DNA from: Paraspadella gotoi
Lineage: Eukaryota; Animalia; Chaetognatha
Assembly (NCBI GenBank): GCA_051294375.1
Contig: CM119268.1
Span: 14,352,471 to 14,416,470, forward strand
Reading direction: 5' to 3'
Length of the DNA stretch: 64,000 bases
Part shown: piece after piece, positions 11,552 through 25,611 of the stretch
Layout: each line of letters starts with the position of its first letter
Numbering within the stretch: position 1 is the first letter of the stretch
Made by a program: the position numbers and the translations under genes
Notes under the pieces: generated by a model
Seen by the model: the letters and a program-made list of their open reading frames with translations, nothing else
Told to the model about the DNA's origin: nothing
Database searches by the model: none

Positions 11552-13376
11552 TCTTCTTTCCTCGCAATGTGTCAAATAAGCCCTGATTGACTACTTTTTG
11601 GTTGGAAGTTGGTAAAAAAATCAACCCATTTAGACCGCTAAACCAATTAACTTATTTTGATACAAAATTAAATTACGTATGAAAATATGATTTTTATTTT
11701 ATACTTTGAAAAATATGCTCAATAGTCAGTGTTCGCCCTATATTCTCTTCTTTCACCGTGAAAACTTAAGCGCAAATATTATGTGTGCATTCTGTTGTCG
11801 CTATTCGGTGAACATTTAAGCTCAAGATTTGGTATGGTANNNNNNNNNNNNNNNNNNNNNNNNNNNNNNNNNNNNNNNNNNNNNNNNNNNNNNNNNNNNN
11901 NNNNNNNNNNNNNNNNNNNNNNNNNNNNNNNNNNNNNNNNNNNNNNNNNNNNNNNNNNNNNNNNNNNNNNNNNNNNNNNNNNNNNNNNNNNNNNNNNNNN
12001 NNNNNNNNNNNNNNNNNNNNNNNNNNNNNNNNNNAGAGAGAGAGAGATTCTCGCGATCTCGAGGATAAATGGAATCGCGTTGAGGAGATGTGCCATGAAT
12101 TTTATTTCCTTTCCTTTTCATTTGTCAAAGATGAAATTGTGATTTCGCCAGACTCTCTCTTTTCTTTCTCTCTCTCACGGGGACTATATCTCCCCAGCAG
12201 CCGGGCTAGAGGGAGAGGGAGAGAGAGAGAGAAAAAGAGAAAAAGAGAAAAAGAGAGAGAGAGAGAGAGAGAGAGNNNNNNNNNNNNNNNNNNNNNNNNN
12301 NNNNNNNNNNNNNNNNNNNNNNNNNNNNNNNNNNNNNNNNNNNNNNNNNNNNNNNNNNNNNNNNNNNNNNNNNNNNNNNNNNNNNNNNNNNNNNNNNNNN
12401 NNNNNNNNNNNNNNNNNNNNNNNNNNNNNNNNNNNNNNNNNAGAGAGAGCGATATTTCCGACTGCTTTCAACTCTAATCCCCTTTGACTGCGAAATGTTC
12501 CCCGACTCTTGGCCATCGCATTGAAGATGATCTCTCAGAGGAAGATGACTTCTAACTTCCGGTTCCAATTCAATTTTTAAAAATTTTAAGAATTCCATTC
12601 AGTGCGAGGCGGCCGCTTGATAAGCTTCAAATTAAAAAATATGACGATTGTGTTGTATTTTAAATTTAAATTTTATTTATATATATTACTCATTTTTAGT
12701 TTTATGAAAATAAATTACTAATTTTACTTCTAAATGGTCTTAATGAATGAAATTGCTACAAACCAAAAAAAAATGCACTGGCTAAGTTAAGGTTTTCACG
12801 ATAATATAATATCATATAATAACATAATATAATATAATATGGCAATACCATGTACGAATAAAATTACAAGTTTACGTATCAGTTTCTTTACGTTGAAAAT
12901 TTGACATAAATTTTTGTGTTTTAAATATTCTTATTTAAATTTAAAAAAAAATTGAACTCGCCACCGACCCGCCCTCTCTTGGTTTGTGATAAACGTTGAC
13001 GCCTTCAGTTCCTGGATACAGATGTCAGGTAAACAGGCCCCCTCGAGGGAGCGACCTGTCTTCTCATGGCCCCGGAACAAGCATACGAGTTAATATGCTT
13101 TGCTACGCGAGTTTTGTGTGGATTCGAATCTAAATCGCGTATCAACGCGAGAACTTCCTTTGAGACTTTCAAAACATAGAGAGAAAGAGAGAGAGAGAGA
13201 TAGAGAGAGAAAGAGAGAGAGAGAGAGCGAGCGCCACACCCTCTCTATCAAACTCGTGAAGACGGAAGTGCCATTTCGTTGGAATTTCTTCCACACCGAC
13301 GCACATTCAGCGACGACGACGAGAGACCGACTTTTCGCGGATCAGAGTCGAGATAACCCACCTTCATTTCCCCCCG

Positions 13377-13450
13377 CGACCCACCTAAACATACCTAAAC
13401 CCACCTAAACCTACTTTCCCCACGACCCACCTAAACCTACTTTCCCCACA
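13377..13450 (+). repeat. Short tandem repeat (ccacctaaacctactttcccca variants)
   Basis: acctaaac occurs 4 times; the 22-nt unit occurs twice. Confidence 0.8.
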
Positions 13451-14067
13451 AACCCCGCATTCACTTGGATGATAATCGGAAATTATGGCCTCTCTACCCG
13501 CGATCCTTCGCGACCCCGTCCGCCATCGGCTTCTCTCGGTGGTTGTTGAAAAAAAAAATCGTTATCTACCCAACGTTCTAATTCTTTTCCTTATTTTCCT
13601 CTCCCTTCATTTCCCTTATTCTCTAATCCTTTCCTTTCTTTTTTTGTTTTCTGTATTGTTTAGTTATAATGGTAATTAAAATAAATAATCTGAAAAGTAT
13701 CGGTGACGTGTTTGTCCTTGCGATTTTTCAAAAGTCATTATCTCTCATCGGCGAATTTTATATTTGGAAAAAAACTTCGTATTCAAGTTTTCAATAGTTG
13801 AAAATGTTGAGACTTGATGGTTAGCCTTTGCCAGATGCATGTACAATATCTTCGCTTTAATACGCATTTATTAAACCAAAAAGAGGCCATAAAATAACCA
13901 TTTAAATAAGATTAGGGTGGAGGAAAGTGAAAATGCAATCCGGACTATGGACGAAGAAAAAAAAAAGCGAGAGGAAAGATTCAGAGGAAATTGTCTATGT
14001 AAGTCAAAAATGTTGAAAGGAATTTAATGGAGCGAAACGGAGAGAAAAAGAAAAAAGGAGAGAAAGG

Positions 14068-14150
<83 letters not shown>

Positions 14151-15464
14151 AGGAAAATAGTGTTAAAAGCTATAAAAGGATACAGTTCCTTCCATTTTCG
14201 ACTCGTCTTTGACAATAAACTCCCGAAACGTATCGAATTTCCAAGTCTCATGAAATCACACGCCAAAAGAAAACACTGGGAGGCGGCAGGATGAAGAAAA
14301 CAAGAGGAGGAGGTGATAATGAGGAAAGGTAAGAAAGAACGATGAGAAGAGAAGAATATTCAATGCGGTGAAATAACCTCAATCCCAAAGAAGCCAACGG
14401 TGATAAACTTAGACACCCACCGTCGTTAAAGATTTTTAATCAAACGCAGATGAGAAAAGAGAAGAGAAGAGGAAAAAAAAAGTAATGAGAGAAGAGGAAA
14501 GATCAAAACGAAAAAAAGAAAATGGCGGAGAATAACATCGAAATAGCCGCACAAAGGGGGCCCCCTTGGGACAGGAGCAGGAACAAGAAAAGCTCCAGCT
14601 TTCCAAATTTTAGGTCTGTCACAGGAAATGAGGCTTGGACGAGGTGACGCGTTTGCAAGAATCCTTCTAAGGGATTTTGTTTAACTTTTATTCTATTTAT
14701 TTTATTAGTTTATTTTTTAAAGAGAATTTGAGTAAGATAGACCGAGAGATAGACAAATAAATCAACAAATAGAAAAAAAACTGAGAATTTGATATGAAAA
14801 CGAAAAAAAAATCTAAGTGACGAAAAAGACATCGAAAACGTTGTTGACGCCAGGTGGAGAAATGTGAGGCTTAAGAAAACCGGCGCCGAGAGAGAGAGAG
14901 AGAGACGGGGGTCTTATGGAATATGATGAGGGCCTCTATGGTGGCGACAGAGCCATGGTGCAAATCCATCACAACCGATTCCCCGGAGATGGAAGAGAGA
15001 GAGAAATGAGAAGGAGGAGGAGGAGGAAGAGGAAGAGGAGGAGGAGACAGAGGAGAAAAGGTGAGGACGCAGAAAAACATGGCGACGAAGAGAAGTCGTC
15101 GTTTATGGAGAAAATTGAAGCTTTGAAAATGAATAATGACGAGTGGCTGTAGAAAAAAAAAAAGAAGGGAAAATAAAGGAAGAGGTTCGTACATAGAAAT
15201 GGATTTGAAGTGGAAATAATATGATAGGAAAGAATAAAAAGGGGAAATCTTAGGAAAGGGAAAGGTCAGCAAAGAAGGGGAAAATAAAAGACGCATCTCG
15301 ACCAAAAGTCGGAGAAAGATAGAGGATTGTACGGGGAGAAGGAAAGGAGGATGGCGGAGAGGGGAAGTGAAAGGGGAAAAAGAAAAAGGACGAAAAGAGA
15401 GCTATTGGGGATCGCGGGAAAAAATAAAAAAAGAAAATGGTCAAATGCCGGAGAGAGAGAGTGA

Positions 15465-15559
<95 letters not shown>

Positions 15560-15901
15560 TGAAAAGACAGGAGCTCGAAAGACGGGAACGAGGAACAGAT
15601 AGACGGACGAACAGATTGATGAAAAAAGTCGGACAGAAACGTGAGATTGAATGAAAGGAAAAAGCGACGCCAGATGAAGGAAGACAAAAATGGCGAATTT
15701 ACGACCAGGCTCGAAAAAAAAAAACGAGAGAAAAAAATGGAAACAGGAAGGAAAAAAAAGAAAAGTAAACATATGGAAAAGAAGAAAATGTCTTTGGAAA
15801 AATAAAGAGAACGATAAAAAAAGGAAGGAAGATTAAAGGGAGAAAAAAAGGAAAGGAAATATGATGGACAGAGGAGAGAGAGTAAGATAGAGAGTGAGAG
15901 A

Positions 15902-15960
<59 letters not shown>

Positions 15961-16098
15961 TGAAGAAAACAATCTTTTAGCTTACCAGCAACAGAAACCA
16001 TTTGTCATAAGTTGCGTCGTGAAAAAGAAAGAAAACCAAGGGAAAAAGGGAAACAAAATGGAGAGAGAGAGAAGAGAGAGAGAGGAGAGAGAGAGGAG

Positions 16099-16129
<31 letters not shown>

Positions 16130-16508
16130 TAGAGAGAGAGGTGGAGAAAACTTGGAATGGTCGTGCTAAAAGATGAGATTGCATGAGCAGCGACCATTCT
16201 GTTTTCTTTTACAAACACGAAAACTCAGGCGCGTCTTTGATTTCCAGGACTCGTTTTTCGTCTCCTTTCTTCGCCTCCGTTCTTCCTATTTAATAATTAT
16301 TTTATTTTCACATATTGGTTTGTCGTTTTTTGTTCTCTTTTGTATTTTGTTGTGTTTATTTTTCGTCACACGCTGATTGAGAGACACCGTGTGGTGAAGA
16401 GAGATAAGCGGCGATCGATATAAAAAATATTAACGAGCAAAAATTTATTCAGGTAGTAAAACGAAGCGCGAAAACAAGTATTCTTTTTTATTCTCACGAT
16501 TATACAGT

Positions 16509-16557
<49 letters not shown>

Positions 16558-17760
16558 TCGCTGCTGGGGAGTTTCGATTCACAGAAAGTGTGACTCCGTG
16601 ACGGAATAACATTAGTCACCACAAAAAATTTTTTAGCGTGAAATTTTTTTTTCAAGATTTTAAGTTTTATTTTGATTTTCAGGGCATTTATTCTTTCGTT
16701 TAACTTAGAAGTTAAGATTTAGTGATTCATAGTATTTTAAAAACTTTCACGACCATAACGATTAGCTATAAAGTTAAAGCAACCTGAAAAAAATTAGCTT
16801 AAACAGCAGAAGAAGATCTTTTAGTATATATTTATCTTGCGCAATATAACACTGTCTAAAACCGTAAAATTAACGGACTAACAGAGGAGAAAGATCAGAA
16901 TCTGGGATAATAGATAAATAACGTTTTTTTTTATCCAAACCCAAACCGCTTTCCCGACGGTTGAGGGGACAAAATAATGTTTTGATAATTTGACTTGATT
17001 CGATTTTAATGACTTTCACTTTGTCGGAGATCGAGGCCGCTACGAATCCGCTCCCCCCCTCTTTCTCCTTCCCCTCCGCCTCGAGCTCTCCGTCGAAACC
17101 AAACCATCCTTCGCAATCCCGTCCACCCAACCCATCCGGCCCAGCCTCATCCCGAGCCACTCAAAAAAAGTCGAGAAAAAATAAGCAAAACCAAAAAAAA
17201 AAATTAATAATGCGTATTGGTAATTAGTCATTAGTCAATCGAAGGGCTACTTTTTAGCGGCATAAGCCTTTATCGAGATGCGATACAGATGCATTACTTT
17301 TAAATCAACATTTTACAGCTCGTCGACCCCATTCCTAACTCTTTCCCGGTTTTTTAGTATTCATTGTTTCGTTTCTAATTTATCGCCGATTGGGATTTTT
17401 CGAGGCGGACGACGCGTTTCGAACAAAAGATCATCCGAGAATATTTTATTTGCGGGAGACCGAAGGCCATTACGCGTCATTATCGGGTGGGAGGATGTGT
17501 TTGACTGGTGAAGTGAGTGGTGAACGACGTGGGTATTTGAAAAAAAGGTTTAGCGAACATAGTCAAGTGTCTAAAAGACAATGTCGAGACATTAAATTTA
17601 CGAATTTTATCCAAAATTTGTATGAGCGTCCGTTTCTGCGGTTCCATCGTCGTGGGTGGATCAGAAGGGACGACCCCCCCCCCCAAAAAAAAAGGCGATT
17701 AGCGTCTCTGGAGAGAAAGAATTTGATTCGAGGATCGAGTATAAGAAAAGAAAAGGGGAG

Positions 17761-17845
17761 AGGCGGTGGTGGCCGCCGGGTGTGGGGGTCGGGGTTGGCG
17801 GCCGGGGGGTGGCGGCCGGGGGTGGCGGCCGGTGGTGGCGCGGCG
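17761..17845 (+). repeat. G-rich tract with tggcggccggggg reiterations (potential G-quadruplex)
   Basis: At least five G>=3 runs with short spacers. Confidence 0.6.
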
Positions 17846-18180
17846 AGATTAGATTGACTAATGAGCATCAATTGGTTTGAGGGTTTGAATTTGGGGGACG
17901 GAAAAAAAAAGGGAGTCAGGGAGGGTAGGAGAGTAGAAAAATAGTGGTTTAGGGGAAATAGGAAAGGGGAAGGGTGAAATAACCGATTAGCATTCAAAGC
18001 GAAAAACAATAAGAATCGATTCTGGGCTGAAAAGGCCCGGGAATACATGGGAGGGACAGGGGTGACGAAGTTAAAAATAGAAAAACGAAAAGGGGAACAT
18101 GAGATGAAAAAAAGAAAGGAAAAAGTGTAAAAAAGAAAGAAAAGAAGAAACGAGAAGAGAATAAAAAGAAACAAAAAGAA

Positions 18181-18260
<80 letters not shown>

Positions 18261-18458
18261 GGCTGTTTAATAAGAAGGGCAAGTAATTGTAAACTCGGAT
18301 CGAAAAGGAGAGTGGTCCACAGACGATGGAGAGAAAGAAAGGAGAGAAGGGAAAAGGGGATCTAAAAGGAGGGGAAGGGAAAGAAGGGAAAGGAGGGAGC
18401 GATTAATGGGATGGGTGAAGCCGAAACGAGTAATTGTAAACCAGGATCGAAAGGTTAA

Positions 18459-18540
<82 letters not shown>

Positions 18541-18541
18541 A

Positions 18542-18593
<52 letters not shown>

Positions 18594-19764
18594 GAAAGAT
18601 GCAAAAAGAGAGATGAAGAGAGGAAGAGGCAAAGGATAAAAAGGCGAATAGATATAAAAAGTCCGCGATTTATTTTTAAATCGCTCTTCGAAAAAGTAAG
18701 CGAACTCGAAGGCGTTTAATGCTTTTTTTTGGTTAATGCTTTTTTTTGGTTAATGCTTTTTTTTTATTTACGAGCGTTAGACGAGATTGAAAGAACGATA
18801 GAGAGAGAAAAAAAAAAGAAGATTGTGGCGAAAAAAAAAAATGCGCGATGCGGAAGATTTGAATTGGCCGGTGAAGTTTAGGTTGAGCGTGAAGCGAGAG
18901 TGAAAACGCGTTTCGTACGAATCGATCAATTTTTCGCGCAGGTGACGTGGATCGCGAGCGGGGCGTAGAAGGGGGGGGGGTGAGTGGGGGTGAGACCAGA
19001 TGGCGAAAGGGAGATCGGCGACCAGATGGGGAGGGTGGGGTGGTGGGCTGGCGAGAACGCGACGAGGTGTCGACCGAAGCCTTGGCCAACTCGTCCTTCA
19101 CTCTCAGGCTTTCGAAGGATGAAATAAAAATAAAATATTTAAAAAAAATAATCAAAAAATTTCAAACAGATGAAAATCTTGAGCGTAAAAACAAATTTCA
19201 TAGTGAAACGTCGAGAATATTTTCTCTGTTCACAATCACATCGTTTGAGAAAGAACGAGTGAGAGAGAGAGTGGCCAAACGAGAAAGGGATCGACGAAAA
19301 CGATCGACGAAAGCGACCGACGAAAGCGACCGACCAAAGCGATCACAAGTGGACGAACGTTTTGACTTGAGGCGATTTGAGCCAAAATCGTAAATCTAAA
19401 AGAAGATTTAAAAGTAAATCTAGTTGAGCGCCGGTGAGTTAAAAACCGCGGTCGAGCGCATTTACATTTCGACCCCGCCAAGCGCTCGGCAAAGGTTATT
19501 AGACTTGTCTCACGATCGCTTTTGATTTTTATACATTGTACAATGTATAGACGTTGGAGAGAACAGAGGGCTGTTGAGAGCCGAGACGATTTACAAGGCG
19601 ATTCACCTTTTCATGTCGAACAAGAGAAAAACATTTTTTTTGAGCGTCCTTCGATCGTCCAGGAGTCTGGACAAGAGACGCACGTATCGAGGATCGTTGC
19701 CCTCCCGAGGATTTTATGAAGCGAAGTGGATCGTCGACGCTCGACGCTCGATCCCCAGTCGCGT

Positions 19765-19796
<32 letters not shown>

Positions 19797-20679
19797 TGCC
19801 ACGGAAAAGTGGATCGAATTCCCCCGACGTCGATTTTCGCCGACGACTTTTGTTTATGCAAATGAGCCACACAAGCCTCACATGCCACACACAGACGCGA
19901 TCCTCACCGCCCCCCTTTGTCCCGTGGTTCACCTACGGGGATTCACCGAGAGGGAGAAAAGCGAAGGGGAACGAGAAAAACAGCGGTTCTGGAATTTCTC
20001 GTATTTCAGTTCAAATGTTTTCCTCGTTTTTTTCGTTTTTCTTACTTTTTTTAGTGCCATTAGTGTAATTTTTCTTGCTCAATACTCATCGTTTAATCGT
20101 TTAATCTTCTTATTGTCTTAATTGTCAAATTGTCTCTTTTATTTCAGAAAAAAAAAAAAAAGTTTTCGTTTTCGTGAGGTTAATAACTCAACTCGGCGTT
20201 AGTGGCGGAGTTTGGTGAGACCTTACATCCCGTTAATTCTTAGATAAAGATTCGCATTCGCAAAGTTGAGTGATATATACCTATAATTATGTCTTTCCAA
20301 CCCGTCTTCATTTCCGCAAGTCGATAATCTATCTATAGCTCGTGTTACAGGCGTTCAATTTATCTCTCAAAAATCGCCCGTCACCCTTTCTCTGAACCCG
20401 TTAACTCCCTCACCTCTTAACCTCACTTCTTTTTCCAAACTTTCTTCCCGCTCTTCATCAGAGAAATAACATCTCTCCCTCAATCACTCACCGCCCGAAT
20501 TCTTAGTCCCCGGCAGCGCTTTCATCCCCCGGCTGCACCCTTAGACCCGGGCTGCACCCTTAGCCCTTTCTCTCACACTTCCTTTCACCTTTGCCCTTTG
20601 ATTTTTGTTGCCGAAATCAGAAATGACTTCTTCTTTGATTCCGTCGAGAGATAGAGCGAGGAGAAAGGTAGCTGGATTT

Positions 20680-21186
<507 letters not shown>

Positions 21187-21285
21187 TTAACATTATTACC
21201 ATAGCAGAAGTTAAAAAAAAAAACCGCAAAAAAGTTGTTGCACTTTAAATTTTCGCTTGTTTACGGATATTTTAGCTCATTTATG

Positions 21286-21550
21286 AATTTATGGCAACGG
21301 GAGGATAGCCTGTGATACCCGGGGCGCGGGGTATCTCATCAATTGGCGTAGGGGCTTCGGACCCTCAGTGACCGCCTCCTGTCACTGGCATGTTTATACC
21401 GGCACCGTCACATTTAAGCCAGAACCGGGATACCCAGGGATTGAACCCGGGACGCACGGATGGAATGAGATGATTTAGCCTGCTCAGCCATTGAGACGAG
21501 GCTGAGGACGGATAGCAGTGAGGCAGCTTTAAGTCTTGCTGCCACAAATT
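21286..21550 (-). mobile_element. tRNA-derived SINE-like / Pol III structured element
   Basis: Minus strand: A box TGGCTGAGCAGG (21490-21479) and B box GGTTCAATCCC (21447-21437), 31 nt apart as in tRNA. T-arm CCGGG-TTCAATC-CCTGG, no full cloverleaf, GC-rich hairpin body and a short cataaat(t) x2 tail. Confidence 0.7.
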
Positions 21551-21556
21551 TTTATT

Positions 21557-22051
21557 TTATTGGTCCCGTGACGACGTGACGATTTCAGTTTTAAAGTCGA
21601 AATGAAAAAAACTCACGCAACTGAGAAACAGTACAAGTTTCACCAACTTTACATCATCATAACTTTTTTTAAAATATAAGAGTTCAAAAAACCTGTGTGT
21701 GATCCGCGACACAAAAATTTCAAACCCGGAAAAAAATTCGAGCGATTTCCTGGTTTCCGATGGATTTTTTAAAGAATTGTGACGTTTTGACGTTTTGACG
21801 TTTTGACGAGGATTCGATGACGCTTCGATTGACGCCGTCGAGGCCTCCGACGACGACGTCGACGACGACGACGACGACGAAGACGACGACGAAGACGACC
21901 TCGTCGACGTCCGCTTGGATTGAGTCACTTCGACGTTCGTAAAAATTTCGCCGGGTTTTTCCCTGTCGTCGTCTTCATCGTCGTCGTCCTCATCGTCGTC
22001 GTCCTCATCGTCGTCGTTCCTTCTTCTTTTCTTTTCTCGTTCTGTTTGGGT
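21557..22051 (-). CDS. Candidate coding exon: basic patch, acidic tract and Ser-rich region
   Basis: Strong acceptor ccttctttctctctctttatttatttcAG (22053-22052). Phase-0 frame is open for 164 codons: TQTEREKKRRRNDDDEDDDDEDDDDEDDDREKPGEIFTNVEVTQSKRTSTRSSSS...SRDQ*. An internal GTGAGT donor at 21616-21611 would give a 435-nt frame-preserving exon. Confidence 0.4.
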   Translation of the reverse strand, partial: TQTEREKKRRRNDDDEDDDDEDDDDEDDDREKPGEIFTNVEVTQSKRTSTRSSSSSSSSSSSSSTSSSEASTASIEASSNPRQNVKTSKRHNSLKNPSETRKSLEFFSGFEIFVSRITHRFFELLYFKKSYDDVKLVKLVLFLSCVSFFHFDFKTEIVTSSRDQ

Positions 22052-24261
22052 CTGAAATAAATAAAGAGAGAGAAAGAAGGAAATGTTATTAACGCTTAAA
22101 ATCCTTCATAACCGTAAAAACGTCAGTGGAGCGAGCATGTCGGTCGACGGGACGGGCAGACCGAGGTTGGGGGTCGTACACGAGGAAAGTTTTGGAGGGG
22201 GTGGAAGAGGAATGGAAGAGAAAGTTGGGGGTTGGGAGTGGAAAGTTGAAATTTGGGGGGGAAAAAAAGCAAGTTAGGATTTTATGGAGATGAAATAAAG
22301 CAGGAACGAGTAAACAAACAAACAAAGCAGGAATGGATGAAGAGGTAAATGAAAGCAGTCAAGAGAAAATCGAGAAGATCAGAAGAAAAAAAAAATTTGA
22401 AAAAGATTTGAGACCAAAATTTGAGACAAAGGTTCCGCCCGCTTGGTCCACTTGTTTTTCTCCGCACAACGAGACTCGAACCTTTTTTTGGTGATGGAAG
22501 TAGACGTAAATACTATTAAATAATATGAATAATAATATAATATAACCATTATATCTTTACATATTCGTGTTTTTAGCTACTTCTGCTAATTTTATTATCG
22601 TTAAATGGATTTATGTTGATTAATCTTTGCTAAATGAAAGATTTAATAATGATTATTCATCGGTGAGCATAAAGAGTGAAAAATTAATATAAATATTGAT
22701 TGCCATGAAGAAGGAAAGGTCAATTTGGTAACGCTGGATGCAATTCTAGCGGTTTATATCTCATCTACTTGGGAGTTCTCAGATTCCCGGAATGCTTACT
22801 ATTAATGCTTACAAGGAAATGTGAAAAATCAGGCGGTTGAACTCCCGACGTTCAATGCTAAGTTGCCATTAGGAGAAGTTGTATTGTGGTTTAAAAAAAA
22901 AATCATAAAAAAAAATGTCCAACCAGTCTAAGGACGGGGCGCTGTTCCCACCCCACCAACCAATGAACTTCGCGGGCTGACGGCACACTCTCAAAGGAAA
23001 CCGCACTCGAACCCGGCAGAGTCGTCCGTGACTTCACAAGTATGAACATGCTAACTGACACGCTTAGAACTAACAACGCTATGTCTCTTTTATTTACATA
23101 TGACACCAATAGAAGGGAGCATACGGCAATCTGTGAAGATCGCGTCGTAAATAACACAGATGACGACAACATTGACATGATTAACTGACTAGAATAGTCG
23201 CGATCAACCTGGTGGTATTAGTTGACCACGACGGCTGGCGGACCCGACCGACCCCGCAGATGGTACTCGTGGTCCCAATGCGGTTTCCCTAGTGATGTTA
23301 TACAGGGAGCCCACGAAGCATTGAACCGGTCCTCATCCTGGAAAGAATCTCCCATGATGGCGGGACTACAGAGGGATGCCATCCCCTCCGACGAGAAATC
23401 ACTTTTAAAATAGGGAGGTCAATTTCGGTGGAGCGTTCATTTGTTCGAAAATACGGACGACAAATTGAACTTACGAAACAAACAAAAAATAATGATGTTG
23501 GGATTAAAGTGCCGAAATCCATGAAGGTTATAGGTTCCCAATTGATCACATTTCTAGTTTTCTTAAATATATATGGATAAAAATAAACTTATAAAAACAT
23601 TAAAAAACGAAAAAAAAAATTAAAATTACTTTCGAAATATAAAGGTGCCCCTATAAAACTTTCCCCAGTATGTATCCCTATCAGAACCTACGATCCTTAT
23701 GATAAAAATAATCATACCGTGAGGGCATACAATATTACCATAATCCCCCCAAAAATGATCGATTCCCCCCCTTTTTGTTCGGCCTTGTAGATATTACGAG
23801 TTTCTCATTAATGATTTTCAAACAGGAATGATGTACGATATCTATTAGAAAACTGGAACAGAAAGTAATCTAACCATGTGTTGTGTAGATACACCCTCTA
23901 TTTCCAGAAGACAACACGTCCACATCCTAAATACATAAATAGTATTATATTTAAATATTTAACCCAAAAATATTTTTAACAAATAATAAATAATAGTCTT
24001 ATTTAAACCTGAAAAAAAAAATAAAGATAGTGAAACAAGTAATTTTGAAACTTCCATATAAATGTTTTTTTTTTTTTTAAACAGGGAGTAAATTTGGTTG
24101 CAGTTTAGTTGCGAAAAAGGAAGTTTTGGTTAAAAAAAAAACTGAGAATCGACCGAGAGAATGAGATGTCGATTGTCGATGCCCATTGAAAGTCTGGCGA
24201 AAATATATTTTTTTTTTATGATTGGGGTTATTCGGTGAACGGCGATATCGCAGAGCATCTC

Positions 24262-24316
<55 letters not shown>

Positions 24317-24479
24317 ATAAAAAATTATAACTCTATGATAAGGATTAACAACAATAAAGCCATGTATATACGGTAAATGTATTTTATCATCGATTATCCA
24401 TCGGCTGAAACATTATTATTTTTTTTTTCATCTCGCTCTGTCTTACGTTTCTGTATTTTTTTTTTATCCCTTACTCAGG

Positions 24480-24545
24480 GAAGGTGATTGGAGGAAACGG
24501 AATCGAGCCTTCTCATTGGTCAAAAATGAGGTCACGTGATCGAGA
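24480..24545. promoter_or_regulatory. Promoter-like motif cluster (2x CCAAT + E-box)
   Basis: ATTGG at 24487 and 24515; gGTCACGTGAt (USF/MiT-TFE type E-box) at 24530-24540. Confidence 0.35.
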
Positions 24546-24863
24546 CGCAACTTTTTACGATTTTCTTTCATGCGTTGCAGCAAAAGCTCGTCTCCGCCGT
24601 TAATCCTATTTTTTCTCCTTTTCTTTTCTCTCTCTTTTTTTTCTCTTATTTTATTTTCTTTCTTTTTTTTGTTTCTTGAAATATTTTGCGTTTTTTTGTT
24701 TGTTTCCGGGGGACACATTCGCAATGAAAAACACAGCATTTTATCAAATTAACAAAAGTGATTAAACGGAAGTCGATTAAAGAGTTTAAAAAGAGAGATA
24801 AAGAAATACTCCCTGTGCCCCCTCTGCTCCATCTCTCGCTTTTTTCTATATATATATCTCTTT

Positions 24864-24934
<71 letters not shown>

Positions 24935-25432
24935 CTCTCTCTCTCCTCTCGTCCTGTTACTTTTAACGAGTCTTTGTTTCACTGATTTGGAAGAGGGGCA
25001 TTCCGGCCATAAAAGTTCCGTCCCTGATTTTCCGGCGACGCCGATGCCGTCCTTTTCGGCGCCGCAACTTCACTTCACCGGCGCCGCAAGTTCACGTTAA
25101 GATTTCTCCAATCACCTCTTCCGCCAAAAAGGGGAACTGTCACCCACCCAACTTCCCCCTCCACTCGCTCCCAACCACTCCCCCCAGCACCCCGCCGTCT
25201 CTGAGCCACACCCACGGCTTCTTAACGCCCCTTCAAGGTTGTCTCGAGACGTTTATCGTAAAAAATCCTCGGCTTAGTAGGTGAGAGGCGAGAGAGAGAG
25301 AGAGATAAGGGAGAAGCCGAAAGCGTGAAAGAACAGTGAAAGGGTTGAGATAGAGAAACGTTGACTACGTATAAAGTCTATTCTAAAAGATAGATACGCT
25401 CTCTCTTCTCTCTCTCTCTCTCTCTCTCCTCT

Positions 25433-25483
<51 letters not shown>

Positions 25484-25611
25484 CTACCATGAATGATTCA
25501 TCTCCACCCCCTCGATTCGATCAACTGTTTCCCGAAACAATCTCAGTTGCGATTCACCGCGTTCGTCCCGCCTGTGAGACTTCACCACCACAATCCACCA
25601 CAACGATTTAC

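Noticed and set aside
14916-15152. 78-aa ORF MEYDEGLYGGDRAMV...
   Set aside because: Largely sustained by an AGG purine tract; no splice or homology support.
21300-21345. Hammerhead-ribozyme-like arrangement on the minus strand (tTGATGA-stem-acag)
   Set aside because: The core lacks the first C of CUGAUGA and the GAAA after stem II, and there is no convincing stem I.
21430-21500. Intact tRNA gene
   Set aside because: A and B boxes and a T-arm are present, but no acceptor or anticodon stem can be formed.
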